Virus record (IMG/VR): IMGVR_UViG_2675903368_000002
DNA length: 18,934 bases
Source: a virus
Lineage: Duplodnaviria; Heunggongvirae; Uroviricota; Caudoviricetes
Reading direction: 5' to 3' (one strand)
Shown here piece after piece: positions 7,671 to 16,758 of this stretch. Below the pieces are notes generated by a model. That model had not been told where the DNA came from and did not search any database. It saw only the letters and a program-made list of their open reading frames with translations. The first letter of the stretch is position 1; every line of letters starts with the position of its first letter. The translations under genes and the position numbers were made by a program.

Positions 7671-9869
7671 ATGGCAGAAAAAAAGATGACTGACTGGCAT
7701 CGCAAGGTGCTGTGCAACTTTGATAATGCCTGGTCAGCAACGCAGGATATGCGTGAGCAGATTATTGAGGCTCAACGTTTCGTCCGGGTATCCGGCGCAC
7801 AGTGGGAAGGCAGCACAAACGCTGGTTACTCATTTGATGAAGGCAGGTTTGAGCATTATCCGCGCTTTGAACTGAATAAGATTGCCCGTGAATGTGATCG
7901 CATCATTGGCGAGTATCGACAGAATCGCATCAGCGTTAAATTCAGGCCGAAGGACGATAAGGCATCGGAAGCGTTAGCCGAAAAGATGAATGGTAAATTC
8001 CGCGCTGACTATCAGGAAACATCCGGTGGTGAAGCGTGTGATAACGCATTTGATGATGCTGTAACGGGCGGATTCGGTTGTTTCCGCATGTGTGCCGATT
8101 ACGAAGATGAAATGGATCCGAGTAACGAGCAGCGACGCATCAGCCTTCTTCCTGTTTACGACCCAGCGACATGCGTCTTCTTCGATCAGGACAGCAAGCA
8201 ATATGACCGCTCTGATGCTATGTGGGCTATGGAAATGTTCTCCATGACGCCCAAAGCGTTCGAGGCTGAATACCCTGATTCCACCGCGGCAAGCCTTTCT
8301 CGTGATGACACTGGCACTCAATATGACTGGTCAACGCCCGATGCCATCTATGTTGGACGCTACTACGAAGTTCGCATAGAGAAGGTGAAGCTCACGGCGT
8401 GGCGCAACCCTGTTAGCGGAGAAACGGCAATCTATGATGAAGAGCAAATCAAAGATATTGTCGACGAGCTGACCGATGGCGCATTCGAACTGATTGGTGA
8501 GCGGACAGTGAAGAAACGCAGAGTTTATTGCGGTCTTCTGTCTGGCGCTGAATGGCTGGAAGAACCGAAGCGTATTCCGGGCGAACATATTCCTCTCATC
8601 CCGGTATATGGGCGTCGCTCATTTGTTGATAATCAGGAGCGAATCGAAGGCCACGCAGCAAAAGCGATGGATGCACAGCGTCTTGAGAACCTGATGGTTT
8701 CCATGATTGCAGATAACGCTACTCAGGCTGGCGGTGATGGCATTCCTATCGTGGATGTTGATTTCATTCCCGGTCCATTAATGAATCACTGGGCAGAGAG
8801 GAATAAGAAAAGACCTGCAGTTCTCCCCATGACCAGCAAGAAGGACAAAAACGGAACGGTCATTTCAGAGGCTCAGGTTGCTGGCTGGACACCTCCGACA
8901 CAAATGCCTCCTGCTCTTGCCGGGCTATTGCAGTACACCGGAACGGCTATTCAGCAAATTACAGGTGCGTCGCAGCTTGAGAACATGCCGAGCAACGTCG
9001 CCACCGATACCGTTGATAGCATTTTTAACCGGATGGATACGCAGTCCTATATCTACATGGACAACATGGCTAAATCCATGCGCCGCGCTGGCGTCGTGTG
9101 GCTTTCTATGGCGCGTGAGGTCTATGGCAGTGATACGCCGATGCGTATCGTTAATGAGGACGGCAGCGATGACGTGGCGCTGATGACTGGTGAAGTGGTT
9201 GACCGTCAGACAGGGCAGGTTATCGCGCTTAACGACCTTTCGCAGGGTAACTATGAAGTGACTGTCGATGTTGGTCAGTCGTTCGCTACTCGCCGTGATG
9301 CAACGGTTAAGTCGTTACTTTCCATGCTGGCACTTATCCCGCCCGGAACGCCGAAACACGACCTTGTATCGTCGATGATCCTCGACAATATGGACGGCGA
9401 AGGGATGGACGACCTTAAAGAATACAACCGCAATCAGTTGCTTCTGTCTGGAGTTATCAAGCCGAGAACGCCAGAAGAACAGCAGATGGTTGAGCAGGCG
9501 AAACAACAACAGGCCAGTCAGCCAGATCCGGCTATGGTTGCTGCGCAAGGTCAGCTTCTTGCTGGTCAGGCTGAATTGCAGAAAGCGCAGAACGAGCAGG
9601 CAGCCATTCAGGTTAAAGCATTCCAGGCACAGACGGATGCTCAGGTTGCTGCGGCAAATGTTGTGAAAATCCTCGCATCTGCCGATAGCCAGCAAAAATC
9701 TGATATCCGTGAGGCGCTGAAACTGCTCGGACAGTTCCAGCAACAGCAAGGAGATAATGCCCGTGCTGATGCAGAGCTTGTCCTGAAAAGTCAGGCACAG
9801 GGCCATGCGCAGCGCATGGACATCAGCAGCATCCTGCAAAAATCAACTCAGCAACAACCACAGCAGTAA
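7671..9869 (+). CDS. Portal protein (P22 gp1-type)
   Basis: 732 aa; size and position match the P22-like portal (~725 aa); long Gln/Ala-rich predicted coiled-coil C-terminus consistent with the P22-type portal barrel. Confidence 0.9.
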   Translation: MAEKKMTDWHRKVLCNFDNAWSATQDMREQIIEAQRFVRVSGAQWEGSTNAGYSFDEGRFEHYPRFELNKIARECDRIIGEYRQNRISVKFRPKDDKASEALAEKMNGKFRADYQETSGGEACDNAFDDAVTGGFGCFRMCADYEDEMDPSNEQRRISLLPVYDPATCVFFDQDSKQYDRSDAMWAMEMFSMTPKAFEAEYPDSTAASLSRDDTGTQYDWSTPDAIYVGRYYEVRIEKVKLTAWRNPVSGETAIYDEEQIKDIVDELTDGAFELIGERTVKKRRVYCGLLSGAEWLEEPKRIPGEHIPLIPVYGRRSFVDNQERIEGHAAKAMDAQRLENLMVSMIADNATQAGGDGIPIVDVDFIPGPLMNHWAERNKKRPAVLPMTSKKDKNGTVISEAQVAGWTPPTQMPPALAGLLQYTGTAIQQITGASQLENMPSNVATDTVDSIFNRMDTQSYIYMDNMAKSMRRAGVVWLSMAREVYGSDTPMRIVNEDGSDDVALMTGEVVDRQTGQVIALNDLSQGNYEVTVDVGQSFATRRDATVKSLLSMLALIPPGTPKHDLVSSMILDNMDGEGMDDLKEYNRNQLLLSGVIKPRTPEEQQMVEQAKQQQASQPDPAMVAAQGQLLAGQAELQKAQNEQAAIQVKAFQAQTDAQVAAANVVKILASADSQQKSDIREALKLLGQFQQQQGDNARADAELVLKSQAQGHAQRMDISSILQKSTQQQPQQ

Positions 9870-9959
9870 TTAACCCATAACGTGCAATGGCTGTCTTTAT
9901 GAGGCCTGGCACCCTATTGCCTTCCGATGGGCTGAACATCGAGTAAACAGGGGTAACAA

Positions 9960-10853
9960 ATGGACCAGATGGCAGAAAACACACCAGAAGTTGAAATCGA
10001 AACCGACGCGTCAGAGCAGATTCCTGATGATGTCGAACTGGCTGAAGAAGTCGAAACAGAAGATGGCAGTGAGTCCTCTGGCAATGATGCAGAGGAAGCT
10101 ACTGAAACTGATGACGACGAATCAGAACAGGAATTCTACTTTGGTGACGAAAAGCTGGATTCGCCAACCAGCGAAGATAGCGCAGAGCATGGACTGGTAA
10201 AACACCTGCGCAAGACGATTAAAGAGAAAGACCGCGAGCTGAAAGAGCTGATGCGTCAGTCTCAGAAACCCGTCGAGCAGCAGCCGGTAATCACTCAACC
10301 ACCGCGAATGCCAAAACTGGATGATGAGGACATCGGTTTCGATGAAGAAATCTACCAGCAACGCATGGCTAAGTGGGCAGAGGATAACGGCAAGTACCAG
10401 CAACAGGAGATGGCTCGCAAGCAGAAGGAGCAGGAGCTTCAGGCTGCCTATCAAGAGCGATTATCCAAATATCAGCAACGTGTTAAGGCTCTCAAAGTTC
10501 CTGGCTATCAGGAAGCTGAGCAGGCCGTACTCGAGGAAATCCCCATCGAGACACAAAACGCGATCCTGTTTGAGTCAGAGAAGCCGGAAATCGTTGTTCT
10601 GGCACTCGGTCGCAACGCTGAACTGCGCAAGCAACTGGCAGAAGCTACCAACCCCGTAGCAATTGGTCGTCTGCTGGAACGTATCGAATCGAAGGCCAGA
10701 ATCATGCCAAAAGCAAAAACCACGGCAGCCACAACCCCGACAGTTAAGGGGAGCAACGGCGCAGTAATCAATAACCTCGACAAACTGAAAGCCAAGGCGC
10801 TGGAAACTGGTGACTGGACGCCGTATTTCGCCGCTAAAAAGGCAAAAAAATAA
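9960..10853 (+). CDS. Scaffolding protein (P22 gp8-type)
   Basis: 297 aa; highly acidic N-terminus, helical charged middle and basic helix-turn-helix-like C-terminus (LKAKALETGDWTPYFAAKKAKK); sits between portal and coat. Confidence 0.8.
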   Translation: MDQMAENTPEVEIETDASEQIPDDVELAEEVETEDGSESSGNDAEEATETDDDESEQEFYFGDEKLDSPTSEDSAEHGLVKHLRKTIKEKDRELKELMRQSQKPVEQQPVITQPPRMPKLDDEDIGFDEEIYQQRMAKWAEDNGKYQQQEMARKQKEQELQAAYQERLSKYQQRVKALKVPGYQEAEQAVLEEIPIETQNAILFESEKPEIVVLALGRNAELRKQLAEATNPVAIGRLLERIESKARIMPKAKTTAATTPTVKGSNGAVINNLDKLKAKALETGDWTPYFAAKKAKK

Positions 10854-10871
10854 CCTATCGGAGCATTAAGC

Positions 10872-12125
10872 ATGGCTAACCAATTAGCAAAAGACCTTGA
10901 AATCATGTTCGAAAACTACGTTGAAGGCTTTGAGGCCGCCTGCGTAGTTTCCCGTAACGCTAAAAAATTCCGTCCCGGTGATACAGCAATGCAGCGAGCA
11001 GGTGATGTTCTGTATCGTCCGCAGCATTACCACATGAACATTGAGGAGGGCCTAGACCTCAGCGGCAAAACGCCAACAGCACTGGTTCAGCGCCTTGTTC
11101 CTTCTGTGTTCAAGGAGCCGAAAAACATTCTGTACACTCTGGATGCGCGTGAAATGCGTGACCCGGAACATAAAACTGAAGCTGGTCGCGCCGCAGGTAT
11201 GCGCCTTGCTGCACAGATTGACTCGGACCTGATTTCCATGGTCACGCAGCGTGCTACTAACGTGATCACGATGGCTGACTCAACCACAGGCACACAGGGC
11301 CGTGATTTGTGGAACTGTGCGGCAGGTATTGATGCCACCATGACGGCGATTGGTGTACCGCAGGGTATCAATCGTCGCTCTTTCTGGAACCCCTTCAACC
11401 ACAAAGACCTTGCTGGCGAGCTTGGTCACCGTGCCTATGCTCAGGGCGCAACCCTGACAGCATACGAAAAAGCGCAGATCCCTCCGGTTGCTTCCTTTGA
11501 TAGCTACAAGACCGATATTTCTGGTCGATTACCGAAAGGAAGCGCTGAATCCTTGACAGTATCAGGCCAACCTGAACACAAGGTTGAAGCGAAAGATTCA
11601 AATGGTATGCCAGTTGATAACCGACAGGGGACTATTACGGTATCTGCATCTGGCTTGCAGGTTGGTGATGCGTTCACCATTGCCGGTGTGAATTCCGTAC
11701 ACCAGATCACAAAAGATACCACCGGGCAACCGCAGGTATTCCGTGTTCTGGCTGTTAGCGGAACTACCGTAACAATCTCTCCAAAGATTCTCCCTGTTGA
11801 AAATACCGATGTTGCGAGTCGTCCATATGCAAACGTCGATGCCAAACCGGCAGAATCAGCAGCAATCACCATTCTCAACAAGAACGCAGCACCTGCTAAC
11901 CTGTTCTGGGCTGATGGTTCTGTTGAGCTGATGTACGGCAAACTGGCGTTCCCGACTGGTCAGGGTCCACAGGTAATGACGGCAACCACCGAGCAGGGCG
12001 CTACGCTGATCATGTCTTACTCCTTCGACCACATCAAAGGCGTAACCACTGCGCGTTTCACCACTCTGTACGGTTGCTCTGTACTGGTTCCTGAATATAC
12101 GGGCATCGTTATTGCCGGGCAGTAA
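10872..12125 (+). CDS. Major capsid (coat) protein, P22/Sf6-type
   Basis: 417 aa (Sf6 coat ~423 aa, P22 ~430 aa by recollection); position after scaffold; followed by a strong terminator, as expected for the most highly expressed structural gene. Confidence 0.85.
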   Translation: MANQLAKDLEIMFENYVEGFEAACVVSRNAKKFRPGDTAMQRAGDVLYRPQHYHMNIEEGLDLSGKTPTALVQRLVPSVFKEPKNILYTLDAREMRDPEHKTEAGRAAGMRLAAQIDSDLISMVTQRATNVITMADSTTGTQGRDLWNCAAGIDATMTAIGVPQGINRRSFWNPFNHKDLAGELGHRAYAQGATLTAYEKAQIPPVASFDSYKTDISGRLPKGSAESLTVSGQPEHKVEAKDSNGMPVDNRQGTITVSASGLQVGDAFTIAGVNSVHQITKDTTGQPQVFRVLAVSGTTVTISPKILPVENTDVASRPYANVDAKPAESAAITILNKNAAPANLFWADGSVELMYGKLAFPTGQGPQVMTATTEQGATLIMSYSFDHIKGVTTARFTTLYGCSVLVPEYTGIVIAGQ

Positions 12126-12131
12126 TTTAGG

Positions 12132-12155
12132 TGGGGCTTCGGCCCCATTTTTATT
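12132..12155 (+). terminator. Intrinsic terminator after the coat gene
   Basis: GGGGC-UUCG-GCCCC hairpin (UUCG tetraloop) followed by AUUUUUAUU. Confidence 0.55.
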
Positions 12156-12166
12156 GGGAGAAGACA

Positions 12167-12355
12167 ATGGCACGAACAATGCTCTATAAGCCGGGCAACA
12201 TGATCACCTGTGGTCAGTTTGCTGTCGATTACATCATTGTTGATGACGAAGAAGTTAAATCTCACCTGAAAAAAGGCTGGGTAAAAACTCCTGAAGAAAC
12301 CGCAACGAAGCATAAAGTGGCTAAGGCGGAAGAAGATGGCGAAAACGAAGGGTGA
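12167..12355 (+). CDS. Hypothetical small protein (62 aa) between coat and gp4-like gene
   Basis: ATG at 12167 with SD GGGAGAAG 5 nt upstream; the listed ORF start at 12131 lies inside the terminator hairpin and is unlikely. No family recognised. Confidence 0.35.
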   Translation: MARTMLYKPGNMITCGQFAVDYIIVDDEEVKSHLKKGWVKTPEETATKHKVAKAEEDGENEG

Positions 12356-12797
12356 TCTCGTTCTTAAGGCTTTACGAAAAGCCGGGCTGTATTCCAATGC
12401 CACGTTGACAGATGCTGACCCTCAGGCAATTGAAGATGCCATTAATGACCTCGAAGACATGATGGCAGCATGGCAGGCTAAAGGTATCGAGCTTGGATAT
12501 CAGTTTGCTGATACAGAAAACGGCATCATGCCGTTACCTGACGATGATTCAGGTATCCCTGCGTGGGCAAATGATGGCGTCGCTTTGAAGCTCGCTGTGC
12601 AAGTGTGCATGGATAACGTCATTCAGCCGTCAGATGCTCTCCTTACCGCTGCTGACAGCGCATATCAGACAATCTGCATCGCTTTAACCAAAATACCACC
12701 ACTTGAGCGGCGAAATGACATGCCTCGCGGTAGTGGTAACAAAAGCGCGTTTACGTGGAATCGGTTTTACATCGAGAAAGATGATCCAAGTACGTGA
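12336..12797 (+). CDS. Head completion / tail accessory factor (P22 gp4-type)
   Basis: 153 aa; N-terminus KTKGDLVLKALRKAGLYSNATLTDADPQAIEDAINDLEDMMAAW resembles P22 gp4 as recalled; gene order matches P22 (5-4-10-26). Confidence 0.8.
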   Translation: MAKTKGDLVLKALRKAGLYSNATLTDADPQAIEDAINDLEDMMAAWQAKGIELGYQFADTENGIMPLPDDDSGIPAWANDGVALKLAVQVCMDNVIQPSDALLTAADSAYQTICIALTKIPPLERRNDMPRGSGNKSAFTWNRFYIEKDDPST

Positions 12798-12806
12798 GGT
12801 GAATAA

Positions 12807-12911
12807 ATGCCGATTCAGCAACTTCCGCTTATGAAAGGTGTCGGCAAAGACTTTCGAAACGCCGACTATATCGACTATCTGCCAGTGAATATGCTGGCAA
12901 TTTTGATATAA
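12807..12911 (+). pseudogene. Orphaned 5' fragment of the gp10-type gene (codons 1-31, then 3 junction codons and a stop)
   Basis: Encodes [34 protein letters not shown]. The first 31 residues parallel the N-terminus of the intact gp10 at 13480 ([35 protein letters not shown]...). Similarity ends exactly where AT-rich inserted DNA begins (12900). Confidence 0.65.
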
Positions 12912-13572
12912 TAAGTACATGAAAAATCGAAACTTTAAGGAGTAGATATGCTTTCTGAGAATGCTAAAGATATACCTGGATTTGAAGGTGTTTATGCCGT
13001 AACAGAAGATGGCAGGGTATATTCTCACTCACGTGTTGTTAAGGCTGCGCATGGCAGCACGCAACTCAGAAAGGGGCGCTGGTTAAAGCCTAAAATCAAT
13101 CAGGGAAGGGTGCTTTATAATATCGGAGCAAAATGGACTTTTGCCCATCGAATCGTTGCAATGACATTCCTGCCAAATCCTGAAAACAAGCCTCAGGTAA
13201 ATCATATTGATGGCAATCCACTCAATAATAACGTCAATAATCTTGAGTGGTGCACTCAAAGCGAAAACATCAAACATGCATACGCCACCGGATTAAAGAA
13301 ACCAATCAAGTTTTTCGGAACCAAGCACCCAAAACACAAGTTGAGTGATGACGATGTTCTTGCAATCAAGTCATCAAAAGAAAGCTTGTCAGTAATTGCG
13401 GCTAAGTACGGGATATCTAAGACCTGGGCAAGTAGGCTAAAGCGTGATGCTAACTGGGTTCATATAAAGGTTGATTCCAATGGCAATACAACAACTACCA
13501 CTAATGAAGGGATTGGGGAAAAGTGCGGTTAATGCTGATTATATAGACCAACTTCCAGTCAATCTTTTAGCT
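12900..13572 (+). mobile_element. Inserted HNH-endonuclease cassette within the 5' end of gp10, carrying a recoded replacement for gp10 codons 1-31
   Basis: Boundaries inferred from the two gp10 N-terminal copies: native-like sequence stops after codon 31 at 12899 and resumes at codon 32 at 13573. The insert comprises an AT-rich leader, the HNH ORF and a codon-diverged copy of gp10 codons 1-31 (13480-13572). Confidence 0.6.
12948..13532 (+). CDS. HNH homing endonuclease (NUMOD4-like N-terminus plus HNH_3-type motif)
   Basis: 194 aa. N-terminal GFEGVYAVTEDGRVYS motif; HNH core HRIVAMTFLPNPENKPQVNHIDGNPLNNNVNNLEWCTQSENIKHA. AT-rich relative to flanking genes; own SD AAGGAG 5 nt upstream of the ATG. 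The 3' end overlaps the restored gp10 start by 53 nt. Confidence 0.8.
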   Translation: MLSENAKDIPGFEGVYAVTEDGRVYSHSRVVKAAHGSTQLRKGRWLKPKINQGRVLYNIGAKWTFAHRIVAMTFLPNPENKPQVNHIDGNPLNNNVNNLEWCTQSENIKHAYATGLKKPIKFFGTKHPKHKLSDDDVLAIKSSKESLSVIAAKYGISKTWASRLKRDANWVHIKVDSNGNTTTTTNEGIGEKCG

Positions 13573-14898
13573 ACGCCCAAGGAGGTGTTGAATTCATCGG
13601 GATATCTTCGCTCATTCCCGGGCATTGCCAAACGTTCTGATGTGAACGGCGTATCGCGAGGCGTCGAGTACAACATGGCGCAGAGTGCTGTTTATCGCGT
13701 GTGTGGTGGCAAGCTGTACAAAGGAGAAAGTGAAGTTGGTGATGTTGCCGGAAGTGGTCGCGTATCAATGGCACATGGTCGGACATCACAGGCGGTAGGC
13801 GTTAATGGTCAACTGGTCGAATACCGCTATGATGGCACGGTTAAAACCGTCTCAAACTGGCCTACGGACAGCGGATTCACGCAGTATGAGTTAGGTTCGG
13901 TCCGTGACATTACGCGTTTACGTGGGCGTTATGCGTGGTCAAAAGACGGTACTGATTCATGGTTTATCACTGACCTTGAAGACGAATCGCATCCTGACCG
14001 CTACAGCGCACAATATCGGGCAGAATCGCAGCCGGACGGTATCATCGGCATCGGAACATGGCGAGATTTCATCGTCTGCTTTGGTTCATCGACGATTGAA
14101 TATTTTTCCCTGACTGGTGCAACCACCGTTGGTGCCGCTTTGTATGTCGCACAGCCATCACTAATGGTGCAAAAAGGAATCGCCGGGACTTACTGCAAAA
14201 CGCCATTCTCTGATTCATATGCGTTCATCAGCAATCCGGCAACAGGTGCGCCGTCTGTGTACATCATCGGCTCCGGTCAGGTGTCACCAATCGCCAGTGC
14301 GAGCATTGAGAAAATCCTCCGCTCCTACACTGCTGATGAACTGGCTGATGGCGTGATGGAATCGTTGCGGTTTGATGCTCATGAGTTGCTGATTATCCAT
14401 CTTCCGCGTCACGTCCTCGTGTACGACGCATCTTCAAGCGCCAATGGTCCGCAATGGTGTGTGCTTAAAACAGGCCTGTATGACGATGTGTACCGCGCTA
14501 TCGACTTCATTTACGAAGGCAATCAGATAACGTGCGGCGATAAGCTGGAATCGGTGACCGGGAAATTGCAGTTCGATATCAGCAGTCAGTATGGGCTTCA
14601 ACAGGAACACCTTCTGTTTACTCCGTTGTTCAAAGCGGATAACGCCAGATGCTTCGATCTGGAGGTGGAATCGTCCACTGGCGTAGCTCAGTACGCCGAC
14701 CGCCTGTTCCTCTCTGCGACCACTGACGGCATAAATTACGGTCGTGAGCAGATGATTGAGCAGAATGAACCGTTCGTTTACGACAAACGCGTTTTGTGGA
14801 AGCGAGTCGGGCGCATCAGGAAAAATGTCGGCTTCAAATTGCGCGTTATCACGAAGTCACCTGTCACTCTGTCTGGCTGCCAGATAAGGATTGAGTAA
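13480..14898 (+). CDS. Tail accessory factor (P22 gp10-type), full length via replacement 5' end
   Basis: 472 aa from ATG 13480 (SD AAGG 9 nt upstream), the same length as P22 gp10 as recalled, and colinear with it along its length as recalled. The listed ORF start at 13471 is TTG and adds 3 codons. Confidence 0.85.
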   Translation: MAIQQLPLMKGLGKSAVNADYIDQLPVNLLATPKEVLNSSGYLRSFPGIAKRSDVNGVSRGVEYNMAQSAVYRVCGGKLYKGESEVGDVAGSGRVSMAHGRTSQAVGVNGQLVEYRYDGTVKTVSNWPTDSGFTQYELGSVRDITRLRGRYAWSKDGTDSWFITDLEDESHPDRYSAQYRAESQPDGIIGIGTWRDFIVCFGSSTIEYFSLTGATTVGAALYVAQPSLMVQKGIAGTYCKTPFSDSYAFISNPATGAPSVYIIGSGQVSPIASASIEKILRSYTADELADGVMESLRFDAHELLIIHLPRHVLVYDASSSANGPQWCVLKTGLYDDVYRAIDFIYEGNQITCGDKLESVTGKLQFDISSQYGLQQEHLLFTPLFKADNARCFDLEVESSTGVAQYADRLFLSATTDGINYGREQMIEQNEPFVYDKRVLWKRVGRIRKNVGFKLRVITKSPVTLSGCQIRIE

Positions 14899-15599
14899 TG
14901 GCTGATTCGAATCTCAACACCCCTGTTATTGTGCAGGCGACGCGGCTCGATACATCAATCCTTCCACGCAATATATTCAGCCAGTCTTACCTGCTGTATG
15001 TCATTAATCAGGGGGCTGATGTCGGCGCAATTGCCGGGAAGGCAAATCAGGCTGGTCAGGGCGCTTACGATGCTCAGGTGAAAAACGATGAACAGGACGT
15101 CGAACTGGCTGATCACGACGCAAGAATCACCGCAAACACAAAAGCGATAAATCTACTTGAGGTCAGGTTAACAACTGCCGAAGGGAAGATAGTCGTACTG
15201 CGTAGCGATGTTGATTACTTGCTGGATGAGGTTATCGATATTCAGGCGCATCTGGTCACTGTTGACCAAAGACTGGATGACGTAGAAAACGATGTCTCTG
15301 GCATTAAGAGTGATTACGTATCGAAAACCGTAACCGAATTGCAGTCTCTTGAGTCACCGCTGGATGTAAAAACATCATATTCAGTTGATGGAATTCAGGT
15401 TGTTGGAGCAAGAAATACCGGATGGACTGCAGCCACAGGTACGCCACTTCTTGGCTCATTCAACGCTAACCAGTCATACACTGTCGGCACTACGTACACA
15501 CAATCCGAAGTCGCAGCTCTCGCTACAGGTTTGCAGCAGGCGCGGCAGCGTATTCTGGCGCTTGAAACGGCACTTAGATTACATGGGCTGATTGACTGA
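14898..15599 (+). CDS. Tail needle / cell-puncturing protein (P22 gp26-type)
   Basis: 233 aa, the same length as P22 gp26 as recalled. Conserved N-terminus ([62 protein letters not shown]), trimeric coiled-coil heptads, C-terminal [12 protein letters not shown]. Confidence 0.85.
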   Translation: MADSNLNTPVIVQATRLDTSILPRNIFSQSYLLYVINQGADVGAIAGKANQAGQGAYDAQVKNDEQDVELADHDARITANTKAINLLEVRLTTAEGKIVVLRSDVDYLLDEVIDIQAHLVTVDQRLDDVENDVSGIKSDYVSKTVTELQSLESPLDVKTSYSVDGIQVVGARNTGWTAATGTPLLGSFNANQSYTVGTTYTQSEVAALATGLQQARQRILALETALRLHGLID

Positions 15600-16054
15600 T
15601 GATTACATTCAAACCAACGCGAAACATCGACCTGATAGAAGCAGTCGGAAATCACCCTGACATTATCGCCGGGAGCAACAACGGCGATGGATACGACTAC
15701 AAACCTGAATGCCGTTACTTTGAGGTGAGCGTGCACGGGCAGTTCGGCGGCATTGTTTACTATCAGGAGATTCAGCCGCTGACATTCGATTGCCACGCCA
15801 TGTACCTGCCAGAGGTTCGTGGATTCAGCAAGGAAATCGGTCTGGCGTTCTGGCGATACATTCTGACTAACACCACCGTTCAGTGCGTCACATCGTTCGC
15901 TGCACGCAAATTCCGCCACGGGCAGATGTACTGCGCAATGATTGGCCTTAAGCGTGTAGGAACCATCAAGAAATACTTCAAAGGCGTGGATGACGTGACT
16001 TTTTACAGTGCTACACGCGAAGAACTAATCGAATTCCTGAATCACGGGAGATAG
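15599..16054 (+). CDS. gp14-like virion/ejection-associated protein
   Basis: 151 aa; position between gp26 and gp7 homologues matches the P22 order; call is mainly by synteny. Confidence 0.55.
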   Translation: MITFKPTRNIDLIEAVGNHPDIIAGSNNGDGYDYKPECRYFEVSVHGQFGGIVYYQEIQPLTFDCHAMYLPEVRGFSKEIGLAFWRYILTNTTVQCVTSFAARKFRHGQMYCAMIGLKRVGTIKKYFKGVDDVTFYSATREELIEFLNHGR

Positions 16055-16056
16055 CC

Positions 16057-16749
16057 ATGTTATATGCATTTAAGCTGGGCAGAAAACTGCGCGGCGAGGA
16101 ACCTTATTGCCATGAAAAAGGCGGGAAAGGTGGCAGCTCTGATAAAAGCGCAAAGTATGCAGCAGAAGCTCAGAAGTATGCCGCAGACCTGCAAAATCAG
16201 CAGTTCAACACCATCATGAACAACCTGAAACCGTTTACTCCTCTGGCTGAGAAGTATGTCGGCAGCCTCGAGAACTTATCGTCTCTGGAGGGGCAAGGTC
16301 AGGCGCTTAACCAGTATTACAACTCTCAGCAGTATAAAGACCTTGCAGGTCAGGCTCGCTATCAGAGTCTGGCTGCAGCGGAAGCAACAGGTGGATTGGG
16401 TTCCACCGCAACCAGTAATCAGTTAGCAACAATCGCACCAACGCTTGGTCAGCAATGGCTATCTGGTCAGATGAACAACTACCAGAATCTGGCAAATGTT
16501 GGTCTTGGCGCACTGCAAGGTCAGGCAAACGCCGGGCAGACATATGCCAACAACATGAGTCAGATTTCTCAGCAAAGTGCGGCTCTTGCAGCGGCAAATG
16601 CCAACAGACCATCAGCAATGCAATCTGCTATTGGCGGAGGTGCGTCTGGTGCTATTGCTGGGGCTGGACTTGCGAAATTAATTGGTTCATCCACTCCGTG
16701 GGGGGCTGCGATCGGCGGCGGTCTTGGTCTGCTTGGCTCGTTGTTTTAA
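16057..16749 (+). CDS. Ejection (internal virion) protein, P22 gp7-type
   Basis: 230 aa (P22 gp7 ~229 aa by recollection); Gln/Ala-rich with a Gly-rich hydrophobic C-terminus; synteny. Confidence 0.7.
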   Translation: MLYAFKLGRKLRGEEPYCHEKGGKGGSSDKSAKYAAEAQKYAADLQNQQFNTIMNNLKPFTPLAEKYVGSLENLSSLEGQGQALNQYYNSQQYKDLAGQARYQSLAAAEATGGLGSTATSNQLATIAPTLGQQWLSGQMNNYQNLANVGLGALQGQANAGQTYANNMSQISQQSAALAAANANRPSAMQSAIGGGASGAIAGAGLAKLIGSSTPWGAAIGGGLGLLGSLF

Positions 16750-16758
16750 GGGGTAATC

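Noticed and set aside
9480-9869. Gln/Ala-rich low-complexity stretch at the portal 3' end, considered as a possible tandem repeat
   Set aside because: It is in frame within the portal gene and encodes a coiled-coil-like C-terminal extension typical of P22-type portals; no exact nucleotide tandem repeat unit.
4648-12403. Other minus-strand ORFs listed in the track (e.g. 4648..4932, 4667..5086, 5870..6298, 6632..6982, 7163..7627, 7974..8321, 9315..9839, 10508..10906, 11504..11941, 12017..12403)
   Set aside because: Each lies entirely within a strongly supported + strand gene (KilA-N-like, TerS, TerL, portal, scaffold, coat) in a unidirectional late operon; no independent start signals.
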